From: Saccostrea echinata
Lineage: Eukaryota
Assembly (NCBI RefSeq): GCF_033153115.1
Contig: NW_026889778.1
Coordinates: forward strand, 19,840,001-19,904,000
Direction of reading: 5' to 3'
DNA length: 64,000 nucleotides
Shown piece by piece: positions 12,938 to 25,097 of this stretch. The notes beneath the pieces were generated by a model that had not been told where the DNA came from, searched no databases, and worked only from the letters and a program-made list of their open reading frames with translations. The position numbers were made by a program, and so were the translations under genes. The first letter of the stretch is position 1. Each line of letters starts with the position of its first letter.

Positions 12938-14685
12938 CAGTGCCAACCAGACCCAACCTGACACAAAGCAGTCCCAGAGCAGTCCCGGGGACTGCTTTCT
13001 GGGACTGCTAAAGCAGTCCCAGATCAGTCCCACAGCAGTCCCAGAGCGGTCCCAGAGCAGTCCCACAGCAGTCCCAGGGCAGTCCCACAGCGGTCCCAGC
13101 AGTCCCAGCGGTCCCAGAAAGCAGTCCCAGCAGTCCCAGAAAGCAGTCCCAGCAGTCCCAGTGGGCGGGGTTAATTAATTTAATGGGCGGAGCTTACTCA
13201 GAATGAGATTACCAATAAACAATGTAACTATATAAAAGGCAGTTGAAATTAATGAGCAATTCTTTCTGAGTAGTATCAACAAATATTTACAATTCTTACG
13301 CGACAGTCATTTCTGAACTGTTAAGAAAATCACATTACGCGTATAGAAACAAATTATAATTATTGAATGAAGAAGACGTTCACTCCTATTAATAACATGA
13401 ATATTTAAACACAATTATTTGGTATATTAATTTTTAACCAAAATAAACCAATTTCTTCATTTTTTGTGATTGATATTGGTTTTCATATTTATTTTTTTTA
13501 TATAGAAAATTAAACTTGAATTGTTTATTTTATACCAGAATTAGCTTTAAATAGATAATAATAATTATAGAGCAAGGCCGATTCCCATACTATACTCTGA
13601 ATGCATTTTTCTTAAGTATTGGAGCTTTTGAAAAATTCTTTGTTAAACATTGCCGAGTATTATATTTCAGTCATGATTATTTTCAATGATTTCCCAATTT
13701 AATTATCTTTAGATTCTCAGTTTTAAGTGTTTTATTATATAAATGTTCGAGTGTACATCTGTAAATCATGCAAATGGAACCCTCAGATTATGTTTAAAAT
13801 TAATTAATCCCGAAATAAATTTATACACAATTATTGAAACTAAGATTTTTTGCATGACATAGATTGAAATTAGTGTCAATGTTGACCAGTGTGTTCAGTG
13901 ATGTGTAACACTGATACCCAAATAACATGCATTGACTTTCTGCTAATTATGCCCAAAGGCGATTGAAACCTCAGGTGTTGACACCATTTTATACAATCCC
14001 ATTGTATTAACCGGCCAGGTAAACACAAACAAAAGAAATAAGAAACAAGTCACAATTCCCGATATTTTCAAATGTTTATTTTTTAAATAAATGTACTCTT
14101 TTAATGACTTGTTTATAAATTAAAAACTAATTCATAAATAAATCCCGGAATAATTGTTCACATCGTTTATGCGACAGAAGAATGGTAGAATAATTTTATT
14201 TCATGGTCATTAAATAAATTATTAGGTTTTATTTGAGAGTGGTAAAAAATAGCATGGAGTGCTCTTTTTTAAGCATGGTTACAGCCCTCTGAAGACATTT
14301 AGTAATGACATGTTTAACCTCTGTATCTCTATTTATTTAATTTTTGTAAGAAATCAATACTTTTTTTTATATATTTGCTTTTATCTTAAACACCTCTCTG
14401 CAGAAAGTAAACAAAACAACAACAAGGAGCTGCAAATTCAGAATACACAAGGGGCGGAGCTATCATGTCACTCAGAACCTTTTTCACGCATGAGTGAACA
14501 AAGCAGTCCCAGAAAGCAGTCCCAGGGACTGCTGGGACTGCTGGGTCTGCTTTCTAGAGCAGTCCCACAGCAGTCCCATAGCAGTCCCAGAGCGGTCCCA
14601 GAGCAGTCCCAGAGCGGTCCCAAAGCAGTCCCGGGGACTGCTTTCTGGGACTGCTTTGGTGTCAGGTTGGGTCTGGTTGGTACTG
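12938..14685. mobile_element. MITE with CAGTCCCA subterminal tandem repeats, TA TSD
   Basis: TA|CAGTGCCAACCAGACCCAACCTGACAC ... GTGTCAGGTTGGGTCTGGTTGGTACTG|TA. Removal restores PFVTTYNSKH-INIFQEAKR of the PLE. Confidence 0.9.
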
Positions 14686-14718
14686 TATGTTTCGAATTAT
14701 ATGTTGTTACAAAAGGGA

Positions 14719-16310
14719 TTAAGAAGGGGTCGTTCTTAATATATGTTGCAGGATTTTCTTGGATTCTTCTATGGCAGAAAGGATAAGATTTTCTGGGTAA
14801 TGTGCAAGAAGAAATGTTTTTTGTTCTGTCAACCTTCGATTTCTTGTATCTGTATCTTTTACAATCGTACAAATTCTTCTGGCTAAATTGTAAGGAATAT
14901 TTCTTTTGGTGCGAGTAGGATGACACGAGGTGAAGTTTAGATATTGGTGTGTATCCGTGGTTTTATAAAAAATATCAGTAAAGATATGTGAGTCTTGTTT
15001 TGTGACCATGACGTCAAGGAAAGGAATAGAAGAATCACTGTGTTCCATGGTAAATTGAAGACTTGGATTTATTGAATTTAGTAACGTGTAAACTTTTTGT
15101 AGATCTTCTTCTGATTTGTTCCAAAGTAGGACACAGCCATCTAAAAATCGTTTCCACGAATTTCTTAAATGTTCTCCAATCTCTTGGCCCATTTCTTCAA
15201 AAACCTTTTGATATAATGTTTCTTCAAAAAATCCCATAACCAGTATGCTGTATGTTGGTGCCATTTTAGTCCCCATGGCGGTGCCTTTGATCTGTTTATA
15301 AAAATCTCCATCAAAATGAAATGTGTTGTTTTCCAGCATAAATTTGATTGAATCTAAGATAAATTCCATAGACAAATCTCTTAGAATTAACTCTGGGTGT
15401 TTTTCAATCCAAAATTTAATAGCTTCTAGTCCAAGATCATGCGGAATATTAGTATGTAGACTCTTCACATCAAAGGTTACAAGTAGTGTATTTGGCTCAA
15501 CCTTTTCAGGATTTTGTTTAAAAAATCCATGCTATCTCGTATGTAGCTCGGAACTTTTTCACATAGATTTTTCAAGAGAATATCTATAAAATTACTCAGT
15601 CTATGAGTGGAACAAGCAGGGCCAGCCACAATTGGTCGCAGTTTCAGATCTTTTGGTTCTGTAGTAGCAAAGTATGTTTGGTTCTGTTCTTCTATGGCAG
15701 TCTTGATATCATTGCTTTTATGTATTTTAGGTAGTCCATAAAAGTTGCTTGTTTTCGTTTCAAAGTTTGTTAAATAGTCAAGCTCTTCCTTTTTTAATAA
15801 ATGTTGATGTTTTTTGCATAACTGTTTCAGATTTCTAATGATTGTTTTATCAGGATTTTCAGGCAGTCTCATGTAGAAATTCTCATCACTTAGTTGTTGA
15901 AGAACTAGGGATTTATAGAATGCTTTGTTCATACAAACTATTGCTCCTCCTTTGTACGCTTCCTTAAAGATAATTTCAGTATCTTTTTGTAATTCTTGTA
16001 GAGCTTTTCTTATGTTTTACACTCAAATTGCTTTTCACAGGATTTTTATTTAGTAGAGACGATTTTGTGGACTTTAGAACATCTATATACTCATCTAAAT
16101 CCTTGTTACGTCCTTTTTGTATTGTTGTTCCTTTTTTGTTTCTCACAATACAATCATCATTATTCTCAACCCGTCCAAAAAATTCTCTTCAACGTAGTTT
16201 TCTACAGAATTCATCTATATCCTTTTCCAAGTTTTGATTGTCGGGGTAGGGTGTTGGTGTAAATTTAAAGCCCTTTTCCAATAATTCTTTTTCCTCTTGA
16301 GTAAACTTTA
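14719..16310 (-). pseudogene. PLE reverse transcriptase, frameshifted; catalytic FLDD degraded to FLDG
   Basis: ORFs 15477-15932, 14719-15468 and part of 14468-14926 carry successive PLE RT motifs. Confidence 0.9.
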
Positions 16311-16459
16311 TTTATGCCCAGCTTTTCCATCGACATTTCTGAATTTTGCCCCTCCACAAAAAAGGTTTACCTTGGTTTTGGTTTTTGTTGTTGTTGTTGT
16401 TTCTACGTTTGTAGTTTGCATTATTGCTGTGGGAAAATTCTTGCTGAAATCTCGGTTCT

Positions 16460-16461
<2 letters not shown>

Positions 16462-16542
<81 letters not shown>
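16462..16542. repeat. (TA)n microsatellite
   Basis: Pure TA run of about 80 nt. Confidence 0.95.
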
Positions 16543-16546
<4 letters not shown>

Positions 16547-17399
16547 TACACAAAATTGATAACGAACCACCTAAATAAATTAACATTTTTCTTTTCAAAA
16601 TTTGTTTATGATGTTTTTGATATATAATTATGTTACTTCATTTAAAAATGGGACATTTAAATGTTTTAACTGATAAATAGCAGCAATGTTTACTGAAGCG
16701 TAACCACTTCATAGAAAAAATTGAAATCATATCCATACTTTTTTGGTGGAATAAATTTCTAATTTTTTCTTTGTGGTTGTGTTCTTTATGTTTGTACTAA
16801 TTAAAAACTCAGAAAAAAAGTTACACCGTTTGCAGCGTTTGACTCGAGAAGAGACCGCTCAGGCAGCTAGTATGGTATCTACAGGAGGTTCCTTTGAAGA
16901 AATTTGTGAAAAATTAAAACAATTCAAAGATTATGCATTTCTCTGGTGAAAAATTGTTGAAAATGAATTAACGATCATAAAAATGTTTACAATAGATATC
17001 GACGGCATTAAGTAAGCACCACACAATAACTTCAAGATTGTTCCACAAAATTGGGGCAACCGGAAGTTGGGTGGATTTGGTAGGGACACCAAGGCACTGG
17101 GTGACTATTAAGCAATATGGTAGTCAATCAGGGTATAGCATTTGATTTTTAAGTAGGAGACTGCTCCCGTCGCAACCTCACGGACCACCTTCGGTAATCA
17201 CCAACTTCATATCTTGGCAAAAACGGTGCGCAGTGCACGTCGGGATATTGGATTTCGGACAAGAAGATCCTTTAAGGGTCTTGACATGACACCAAGACAT
17301 TTGTTAATCCAGCTGTTTTGGAAAAGATGGCATATTTTATATACTAGTACCAATCAGGAAAATGATCAATTCACAAATAAGAATAATAAGTGGTGCGTT

Positions 17400-17602
17400 N
17401 NNNNNNNNNNNNNNNNNNNNNNNNNNNNNNNNNNNNNNNNNNNNNNNNNNNNNNNNNNNNNNNNNNNNNNNNNNNNNNNNNNNNNNNNNNNNNNNNNNNN
17501 NNNNNNNNNNNNNNNNNNNNNNNNNNNNNNNNNNNNNNNNNNNNNNNNNNNNNNNNNNNNNNNNNNNNNNNNNNNNNNNNNNNNNNNNNNNNNNNNNNNN
17601 NN
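17400..17602. other. Assembly gap (N run)
   Basis: Run of N. Confidence 1.
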
Positions 17603-18515
17603 ATTGATTTCCCAGGATGTTGACACTACACATTAATGTAAAGAAAAAAATGCATTTTAGATCATGTAGATTAATTGTGATTCGCTGCCAAATGCATTAA
17701 CTGTTGGAAGAGAAAATTTATTGTAAAGAATGTTTAAAAATTTACCAGCTGTTATTTTCTTTTTGTTATCTTTGTGTTCTTTTAATGCTTTTTCTCTAAT
17801 CGCTTAATCAGCTCTTTGTTTCATTATAACCATAAAAGTACCTTTTTATATATAGGCTAGATTTACATCTGTGTATGGGGCACTGTTAAAATTCCAAATA
17901 TACAATATCACGCGTTTTGGCATATTCTTTCCATTTGGTAACACTTCTTTCTCATGTGTACATTAGGTAGTAAAACATCAATAGCCAAAACAAAAATTAA
18001 TATAAAAACAACTTATGTTTTTAACAGAGAAGATGTAAAAACGCATTCTTGCATCATCAAGACCATGTCAACATCCGTTATCCACAACTTGTACTGCATT
18101 TTATTCGGACTATTTTCTCGACGTTTATGACAAAACTCGTTATACATTGTTGAAATATAATTTAATTCAAAGAAATACTTACATTATTAATAAAAACACA
18201 TTAAAGTACTTCCTTTGATTTTAAAAGATATTTTTTTTTGAATTTTACTTTGGAAAGAACGACTACTCCCTTTATAAACTGGTCCCCCGCCCATAATCTA
18301 GACGCTAATGGACGAGTTTACCATGTTAAATCTTCGTAGTCTTTGAATTTTGCCGCCATGTCAATAGACTGGTTGACCTCGATGGTTCGGGTAAATGCAG
18401 GAAGTTTGAAAAAAAAAATCAATCTACAGATCAAATCTAGGTTGAAGGCCAGGGTATTTATATATTTTGAGATATCTTGCAAAAAGTGGTGACGTTCCGG
18501 TCGTGGGACAGACTA

Positions 18516-18600
18516 TAACAGGAATTGATAAATCCAGAACTACTCCCTATCATCCGATTGGTAATAGCATGACCGAACGATTTAATCACATTCTATTATC
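18516..18600 (+). pseudogene. Gypsy integrase relic, right part
   Basis: Translates TGIDKSRTTPYHPIGNSMTERFNHILL, the retroviral-type integrase core around the catalytic Glu. Confidence 0.75.
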
Positions 18601-18605
18601 GCCAA

Positions 18606-19428
18606 ACCCCCTAACTCCGTCACTACCCTAACTGCGTCACTTTCGGGAAACTCCGCGCTGTTTGTAAACGAGTGCGATTGCGACGTCATTTTTTACATGC
18701 TGAAAATCTACAGTCAAATGTCGATAAATTTTCACAGTCAAGTTCAAGAATGCGTCAAAAATAAATAACAATTACACCTGATCTATTGTATCAATCATAT
18801 TTTATGTGAAATCAGTAAGTACTTTTTCCTTTATGCGCTATTCCATCGATACCTCTGACAGGTGCGTCAATATGCTCATTTTTACATGTCAGTCATATTT
18901 ATGAAGGTCTTTGCCGAAGGATTAATATGACATGCCATATTGAATAATTTAAAAAAATATATATTTTTCGTCTCAATTTGTCGTAATATGCTACATGCCG
19001 GAGATAACGTAGCGTGACGTTATTACATATAAAATACGTTAAATTAACGTTATTTTTTCTGTTGTCGATACCTTTCCTAAAATACAATTTGATACTATTT
19101 TGAATCTTCAAAACTAATTTTCTATGTTTAAAATTTTAAGATGAAGGGAAAAAAAGCTAAACTGGAAAAAAAAAATTCTAATTAATACGCTGACATATTG
19201 TAGAGGGCCCTGGTGACGGAGTTACGGTTCACTGGAACACGGATGTGATACTAGTTCTATTTATAGCAGTTTTGTATAAGCCCGATAACTGATTTTTTTT
19301 TAAAATGGTTCTGAAATCAATGTTTAAGTTCATTGCTAAGCGTAGCAAACAAGAAACAAATCAAAAAAAAATAATTCAGAGAGTAACCAGGCGTGTTTTC
19401 CGCTTATGGTGACGGAGTTTGGGTAGTA
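18606..19428. mobile_element. MITE-like element with short inverted termini
   Basis: ACCCCCTAACTCCGTCAC / ACTACCCTAACTGCGTCAC at left; GTGACGGAGTTACGG and GTGACGGAGTTTGGGTAGT at right. Confidence 0.55.
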
Positions 19429-21982
19429 GGGGATAAATATGCTTGGAACTTAATTTGCAAACAAGCGTTTGCAGTTATATTTATATATTTTAAATGAGTT
19501 CAAACAATTTAATTCTAGCAAGTACTCTAGGCGTTGCAGGTTGATTCTTGTATACACATATTTTATGTATAAAATAAAAATGCAGTATCATAGATACAAA
19601 GAATATATAGGTATAAAAGAACTTACTTATTTAATAAAGATAAACCATCTTCTTATGGAGATTTTATTTAATGTTAAAAAGTTTAAAAATGACACGATAG
19701 GCAACAACCTATGACAATTGGTCATCCTAGTTATTTGAGTAAAAAAGAGAAGTAATTAAACAACACAAATGTTTAAAACTCTAATTCAGGCTATATTGTG
19801 AGATATCTTAATTTCAAAGAATCTTAAACTCATATATTTAGTACCTGTTTTTATAGCACTTGTTGATGGTTTGTTTTCATTCGGCTCCAGAACAAAATTT
19901 TCCAACAAGTTATTCTTAAAACATCTTACAAAAGACAAAATAAAGAATATGAGACCAAAGTTATTTTTTCTCCTAATAACACGAACATTATACAGGAACT
20001 TAAACACAACAAACTCTCTATATATATATGTGTGTGTAGGGTCACGATTAACTCTCTTGAATTCATCTATTTGTGATAATGTTGTAAATATACTTCAGAA
20101 CATAAGAAATGATTGTCACTTCAGTGCTTGTAATTAGTTGTATAAAAATGGTAACTCATTAATTAGAGACGTTTAAAAAAAACACAAGAACTGCATTGAA
20201 TCTTCCGCCATTGTACATGTACAAGCTTGTCCTGTCTTTTCAATACACTGATTTTCTTCCCTGAAACATTTGCCTAACAAGGTGTTGTTCCTGTTCGACA
20301 GGTGATAGATGAAAAGATCTAAAATTAAGAATTTAAGTAAATCTATTTCGGTGATTGAGTTATTTTTAAATTGACGAGATCGTATACCATAATTTGCAGA
20401 GTTGATGAATTCTATGAGGTATTGTTTGTGTTGGAAGCATATCTTAATTTATCTTCTAAGTAAATAGAATGTTCATAGCCATGGAGAAAAGAATATTCAG
20501 TAAATAACATTCACATTCAATGAATATGCTACTTTATTGATAGTGATAAACCCATTGCATATTTTGTTAAAAACAAAGGAATTTCAGTATTTTACAATGA
20601 GCACAAACCAAAACAATTCAAAGAACATTGTACATTCCTATTTCTTTGTCGTAATTAACTTTCTTGACGGTCAATTGTTTTTCTACAAAAAATTCTATGC
20701 GACATTGATATTCTTAATAATTAAACGGCCATACTACTTGAAGAAAATTTACTGTCTTCCAATGTGACAAATATCTAATCTTATACATACTGCACAATTG
20801 ACTGACAAACTTAACGGAAATCCTGACTACGTCATTTTTGAGGTACACGTATGAAAAAAAAAATTTCCAAAAATACAGAAACGAAACGTAGGATTAATCA
20901 ACAGTAAGTTGGAGGTAAGTATTGAAATTCTCAAATATCGTGATTATTTGTGTATCATCTGGTTATTGGCTTAGGTAATGGTTGATCTTATAACAAATTT
21001 TAAATGAAATTCCTTTATCTTTATTCTCACATACTCAGTAGTATCAATAAAGACATCGCGGATATTAAAACACAGTTGCTCGTGTGCGTCTCCGCGTGTA
21101 TGAGGGTGTGTGTGTAAGTGTGTGTGTCCCCCAAATGTAATATTTTTTGTATTTATAAATACTGGCAATAGAAAGGGACTCAGGTATAATTAAACTTGTC
21201 AGATTAAAAAAAAAACCACTTCTTTCATATTGAACATACACATTTATTTATATATAACACTACAATCAACTTATTCACTGCAGATCTCGTATAAAGAAAG
21301 TGCATTGTATATGATATTTTTCAAATCATAGATCATGCATACTAACACAATCGTACGTTTTCCTCATAAATTTAACCAAAAAAATATAGAACATTTAAAC
21401 TAGCTACAAAAGAGTCGTTATCTTGACAACGTTTTTTTTTCTTCGTTAGATAAAGTAAAACCTAGTTTTGAATAAGTTTATGAAGAATACACTTAAAAAT
21501 TTTAAGAAAATAAATTCAAGACAATCAAATGTTGTTCTTCAATGCTGCTACTAAGAAGCTTCTAAGTAAACTTTATTGCTGTTGAAATGCTTCATTGAAA
21601 ATGTGAAGGGACAAGAACACAATTGAATTGTTTTTGTTTTAAATTTATATGCTTATAAAAAAAATATCTTTGGTTTCATGAATTAAACTTACATGAAAAT
21701 TCTTAGATTTCAATATGACAGGGACATTTTTCTTTACATCACGGCAATCATCTGTATTTGTTAACAGGGGACGACCTCTTTTATCTTTAATTTTAACGTT
21801 TGTCCTGGTGTGTTCAATTTGTTTACTCTGAATATACATTATTGACAACGGATTGACAGTACTGGTGAGTTGGTTTTGCTTTCTCAAATTATTATTCTGT
21901 ATTTCTTGATTATAGTTTTAAAGTATTTCATTCATACAAAATAAAATTTCAACTTTTCTTTTGTTTTATTAGTATTATTTAT

Positions 21983-22195
21983 ACACTGAATTGTCGACGG
22001 ATTTTTCCGATTTCCCGATCATGACAAGGAGCACATGGCGGGTGTGATCCTGAGTGGTTGGCAGGGGATGCTCACTCCTCCATGGCACCTAATCCCACCT
22101 CTGATGTCTTAGAGGTCCGTGTTTGCTTTGCTCCTATATTGTAATGTTTAATGGACATTTGAGCTCGAATACTGTTCGTTATCTTAACATATTTC
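21983..22195 (+). mobile_element. 3' UTR fragment of Naiad-type PLE
   Basis: ACACTGAATTGTC...GGCGGGTGTGA...CAGGGGATGCTCACTCCTCCATGGCACCT..ACCTCTG..AGAGGTCCGTGTTTG matches 48033-48230, which directly follows PLE RT-coding sequence. Confidence 0.65.
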
Positions 22196-22781
22196 ATTAA
22201 GAATAGAGTTTACTTCATGAAATTTCCAGGATGTGCGTCCTGGAATTCGTTATTTAAATAAACTGCAGATAAAAATATTTTCAAACACGCTTTTCAAAAT
22301 AATTAGCTGAGAATTGTTCCAACATTATATACAATGAAAACTTAAGAGAATATTAACTGCAAATCTGTGTTTAAGCCCGGTTAATTTTCAATAAACACAT
22401 AAATCTTTTTGACATTCATGCTCCATATATAAACTCTTTAATGATAAAGGTACCGTGATTTTCTTCAAAGTCAGAAATATCTTCATTATGATACATTGTG
22501 AGGCAGAACTCGTTAAATATATTTGCACATCGAAATTCCGACTTCATTCATTATAATTATGTAAATATACGTTTGCCGGTTTGAAAGAGAGTAGAGTGTG
22601 AAAAGAGAACCAATTTTACATTGAACTAATTGATTGTATGCTGAATTTTTATAAGAGAACTAAGGGGAAAACGAGTTGATACTTATTTCGTCCTAAGGAC
22701 CCCAAAGACCTTTAAAAACTAATACATGTAACTACGAACATATTGGCCTAGTATACCCAAAAACACAGTGAATACTGTTTG

Positions 22782-22830
22782 CTTTGTTTGTTTGTATGTT
22801 GTTTAACGTCCCTGTCGGGAGTTTTTCACT
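22782..22830 (-). mobile_element. SINE 3' tail fragment
   Basis: TTTGTTTG...GTTTAACGTCCC..TCG.GA.TTTTTCACT matches the tail of the SINE at 58028-58090. Confidence 0.55.
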
Positions 22831-23157
22831 GAGTAAATACTGAGAATGATTTAACAATAAGAGAGACAAAAACTCAGATGCATGTAAATAATGTTGAGTT
22901 GACGTGGTTTGAATCTCCTTATCATATAATTTTTTAAAGGTAAACTATAAATTTGTACTCCAATTAAATTTATGGTTCATCCTAGAGGGATCTGGTTCAT
23001 TATTCCTTTCCACCGTATTTTGCAATTAGATGAAAAAGATTATTTTGTTAAAGTGTAGAGACGTGATATTAAAGTTATTTTTCTATAGACAAAATAAACG
23101 CCAGACTCTGTGTGTGTGATACTTTACATCAAGTAACCTTTTTCCAGATAAGTAGTT

Positions 23158-23358
23158 ATGGGATGCTGTTACAGTTATTCACAAATTGATGACAAGGCCG
23201 TTCTGTCAGCTGTAACAGAGACAGCATCTAATCATTCCAGTAAACGTAAACCAACAAAGCGACTGGTGAACAAACACAATGCAATAAATGAGCGGGCACT
23301 AAATAAACAAAAGATAGAACAACTGGACAGAGTGAACGACGAAGAAACCATGAACAAA
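23158..23358 (+). CDS. Coding exon 1 of uncharacterised protein with N-terminal MGCC myristoylation/palmitoylation motif
   Basis: Acceptor CCTTTTTCCAG ending 23147, ATG at 23158, 67 codons (MGCCYSYSQIDDKAV...EETMNK), phase-0 donor AAA|GTATGA. Confidence 0.7.
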
Positions 23359-24135
23359 GTATGAATTTATAGCGCAAAATATATTAGTTAATGGAAGATT
23401 ACTTGATAATGGAATATTAATAAGTCCCGTACCTAAGTGACCTGTATTTACCTCAACAAGATTACTATACTCTAGGCCAAACTTTTCCTACATTTATAAA
23501 TTTGTTGTGTTTATTTTATGATTTCTACCTTTTAACTTCGGTTCAGTTTTCATTTATTTTGCATCTTTTTTGTATGTTATTTTTGGTTCGTACGTTTCCC
23601 AAATGCAAGGGAGATTTTTTTTTTTTTACAAACTGTATGTTCAGTGACCGCTTTCCATTCGTTGAATCTTCCATTAACTTTCACTATATTCTCAATGTCT
23701 TCTCTTTTTGGTCTTCTAATTTGCTGTAATATTTCAAACAATGTAAATTTTTGTAAAGTAAAACAATTATTTTTGTCCTTAAAAATGGAGGAACAAGTTT
23801 CAACTTATATCTTAATTGAAAAAAATATGAACTGCTTGATATCTGCCTACGTGGGACTAGAGAATTTATTAAAAATATCAGTATAGATGAAGTCATGAAA
23901 CATCTTTATCTTGCACTACACGACACTGTTAGCATGATTATGATAAGCACTGATGCCACATTTACCATATCTAAGATTTTTATTACCAATGATCGCGGGT
24001 CAGGTACTACGTTAAGCTAAGATGTTCATTCATTGAATATGCATTCAACTTTATCTTATAAAATCTGCAAATTTACTCATGGACATACATGTAGCAAGCA
24101 TTCTGTTTGCCTAGCTTTAAATAAAGCCAAAGTAA

Positions 24136-25097
24136 AGCCCCAGTCACATTGTCCCGATTTAGCTTCGAAGCTACTCACAATTTGTCCAAGGCTACTTGAG
24201 AAACGTCGATCATGTTGAAACCCGATGGATTGTAGGCTTACCCTGACTAATCGGCAAAAACCGATCAAATTCTGCAATCTTCACAATTATTTAGATGTAG
24301 CTCAATACAAGCCTGAATGGTCATGACACCGAAATTTCACATCATTAATTAAATTCTAGTTCTACCATAGTATTCTCGATGCTGAATCGTGATTTGTTGT
24401 AACAACATTAAATAATAAATATTATTTACTTAGTTCTCATCCCCAAATTTCAAATTTTGTTCGCCTTGACGTTACTTTGGCCCAAGATGATGGAATCTTT
24501 CCATAGCATGTCTGCTTATGTCGTGAATCTTGTTGAATCATACGGCGAACTCTAAGGCGAAACCGGTTTACTGATTTCTCTGACGTTTTAAATTCCTGAT
24601 CCTCGTGACAGTAGTTAGAGTGTTCACTCTAGAGTCGAACAATAAAGAGTTGAACTTACGTTGCGGGTTAGAATCCTATTGCGAGACGTGGAGACCGGTT
24701 AACCAACAAACAACACAAACAAACCAAAACCAAAAACAAAACAAAACAAACAAAACAAAACAAAATAAAAGAAACAAACAATTCCTGATAAAACGTAGTA
24801 TGAACTCGCTAATAAACACATCAAGATCTTAATAGTCCGTAGTGCATTTGAGTGAACCGTTGATGAATCTTGTCGGATTGTACTCTGTCTCATGAAGAAC
24901 GTCTTATTAACACGCAAAAAAGTATGGAATGTCGATAGCACGAAATGCCGTCAAAAACCATATCCGCACCTATTGATTGCGTCGTCACCTTTAGAATACT
25001 TTGTTACGCCCTATTTTTACCTTAAAGTTATCCGTTTTATTAGATGGCACCTTGTCGTTGATGACCGGGCTTGAATTGAGAATGTATGATAGGGGCT
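24136..25097. mobile_element. PIF/Harbinger-type MITE in intron (TAA TSD)
   Basis: TAA|AGCCCCAGTCACATT ... AATGTATGATAGGGGCT|TAA. Confidence 0.55.

Larger units (their letters stand above)
12058..16310 (-). mobile_element. Penelope-like retroelement (Neptune-like, RT followed by C-terminal GIY-YIG), degenerate, split by a MITE
   Basis: Minus strand reads LLEKGFKFTPTP, FYGLPKIHK, LRPIVAGPAC, SLHTNIPH, QIKGTAMGTKMAPTY, WKRFLDG, IPFLDV, YKTTDTHQYL, SCHP, then NLLYCI...EEYIGQTG...RMRVHR, with a hammerhead downstream. Confidence 0.9.
2562..18515. mobile_element. Large TIR DNA transposon (TAG...CTA termini, ~190-bp TIRs, TA TSD) with nested insertions
   Basis: 2562-2752 (TAGTTTGTCCCACGACCGGAACGTCACCACT...) is an imperfect inverted copy of 18323-18515 (...AGTGGTGACGTTCCGGTCGTGGGACAGACTA). 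TA at 2560-2561 and 18516-18517. Excision restores an integrase reading frame. Confidence 0.8.

Noticed and set aside
14259-14786. Overlapping ORFs rich in SSPRAVP / WDC repeats
   Set aside because: They derive from the CAGTCCCA repeats of the MITE.
16297-16598. YIYIYI ORFs
   Set aside because: (TA)n microsatellite translations.
17240-17310. Harbinger-like GS.HD..F.N motif in one frame
   Set aside because: Flanked by stops with no other DDE motifs; chance cannot be excluded.
10723-17636. ORFs containing X runs
   Set aside because: Artefacts of translating through assembly gaps.
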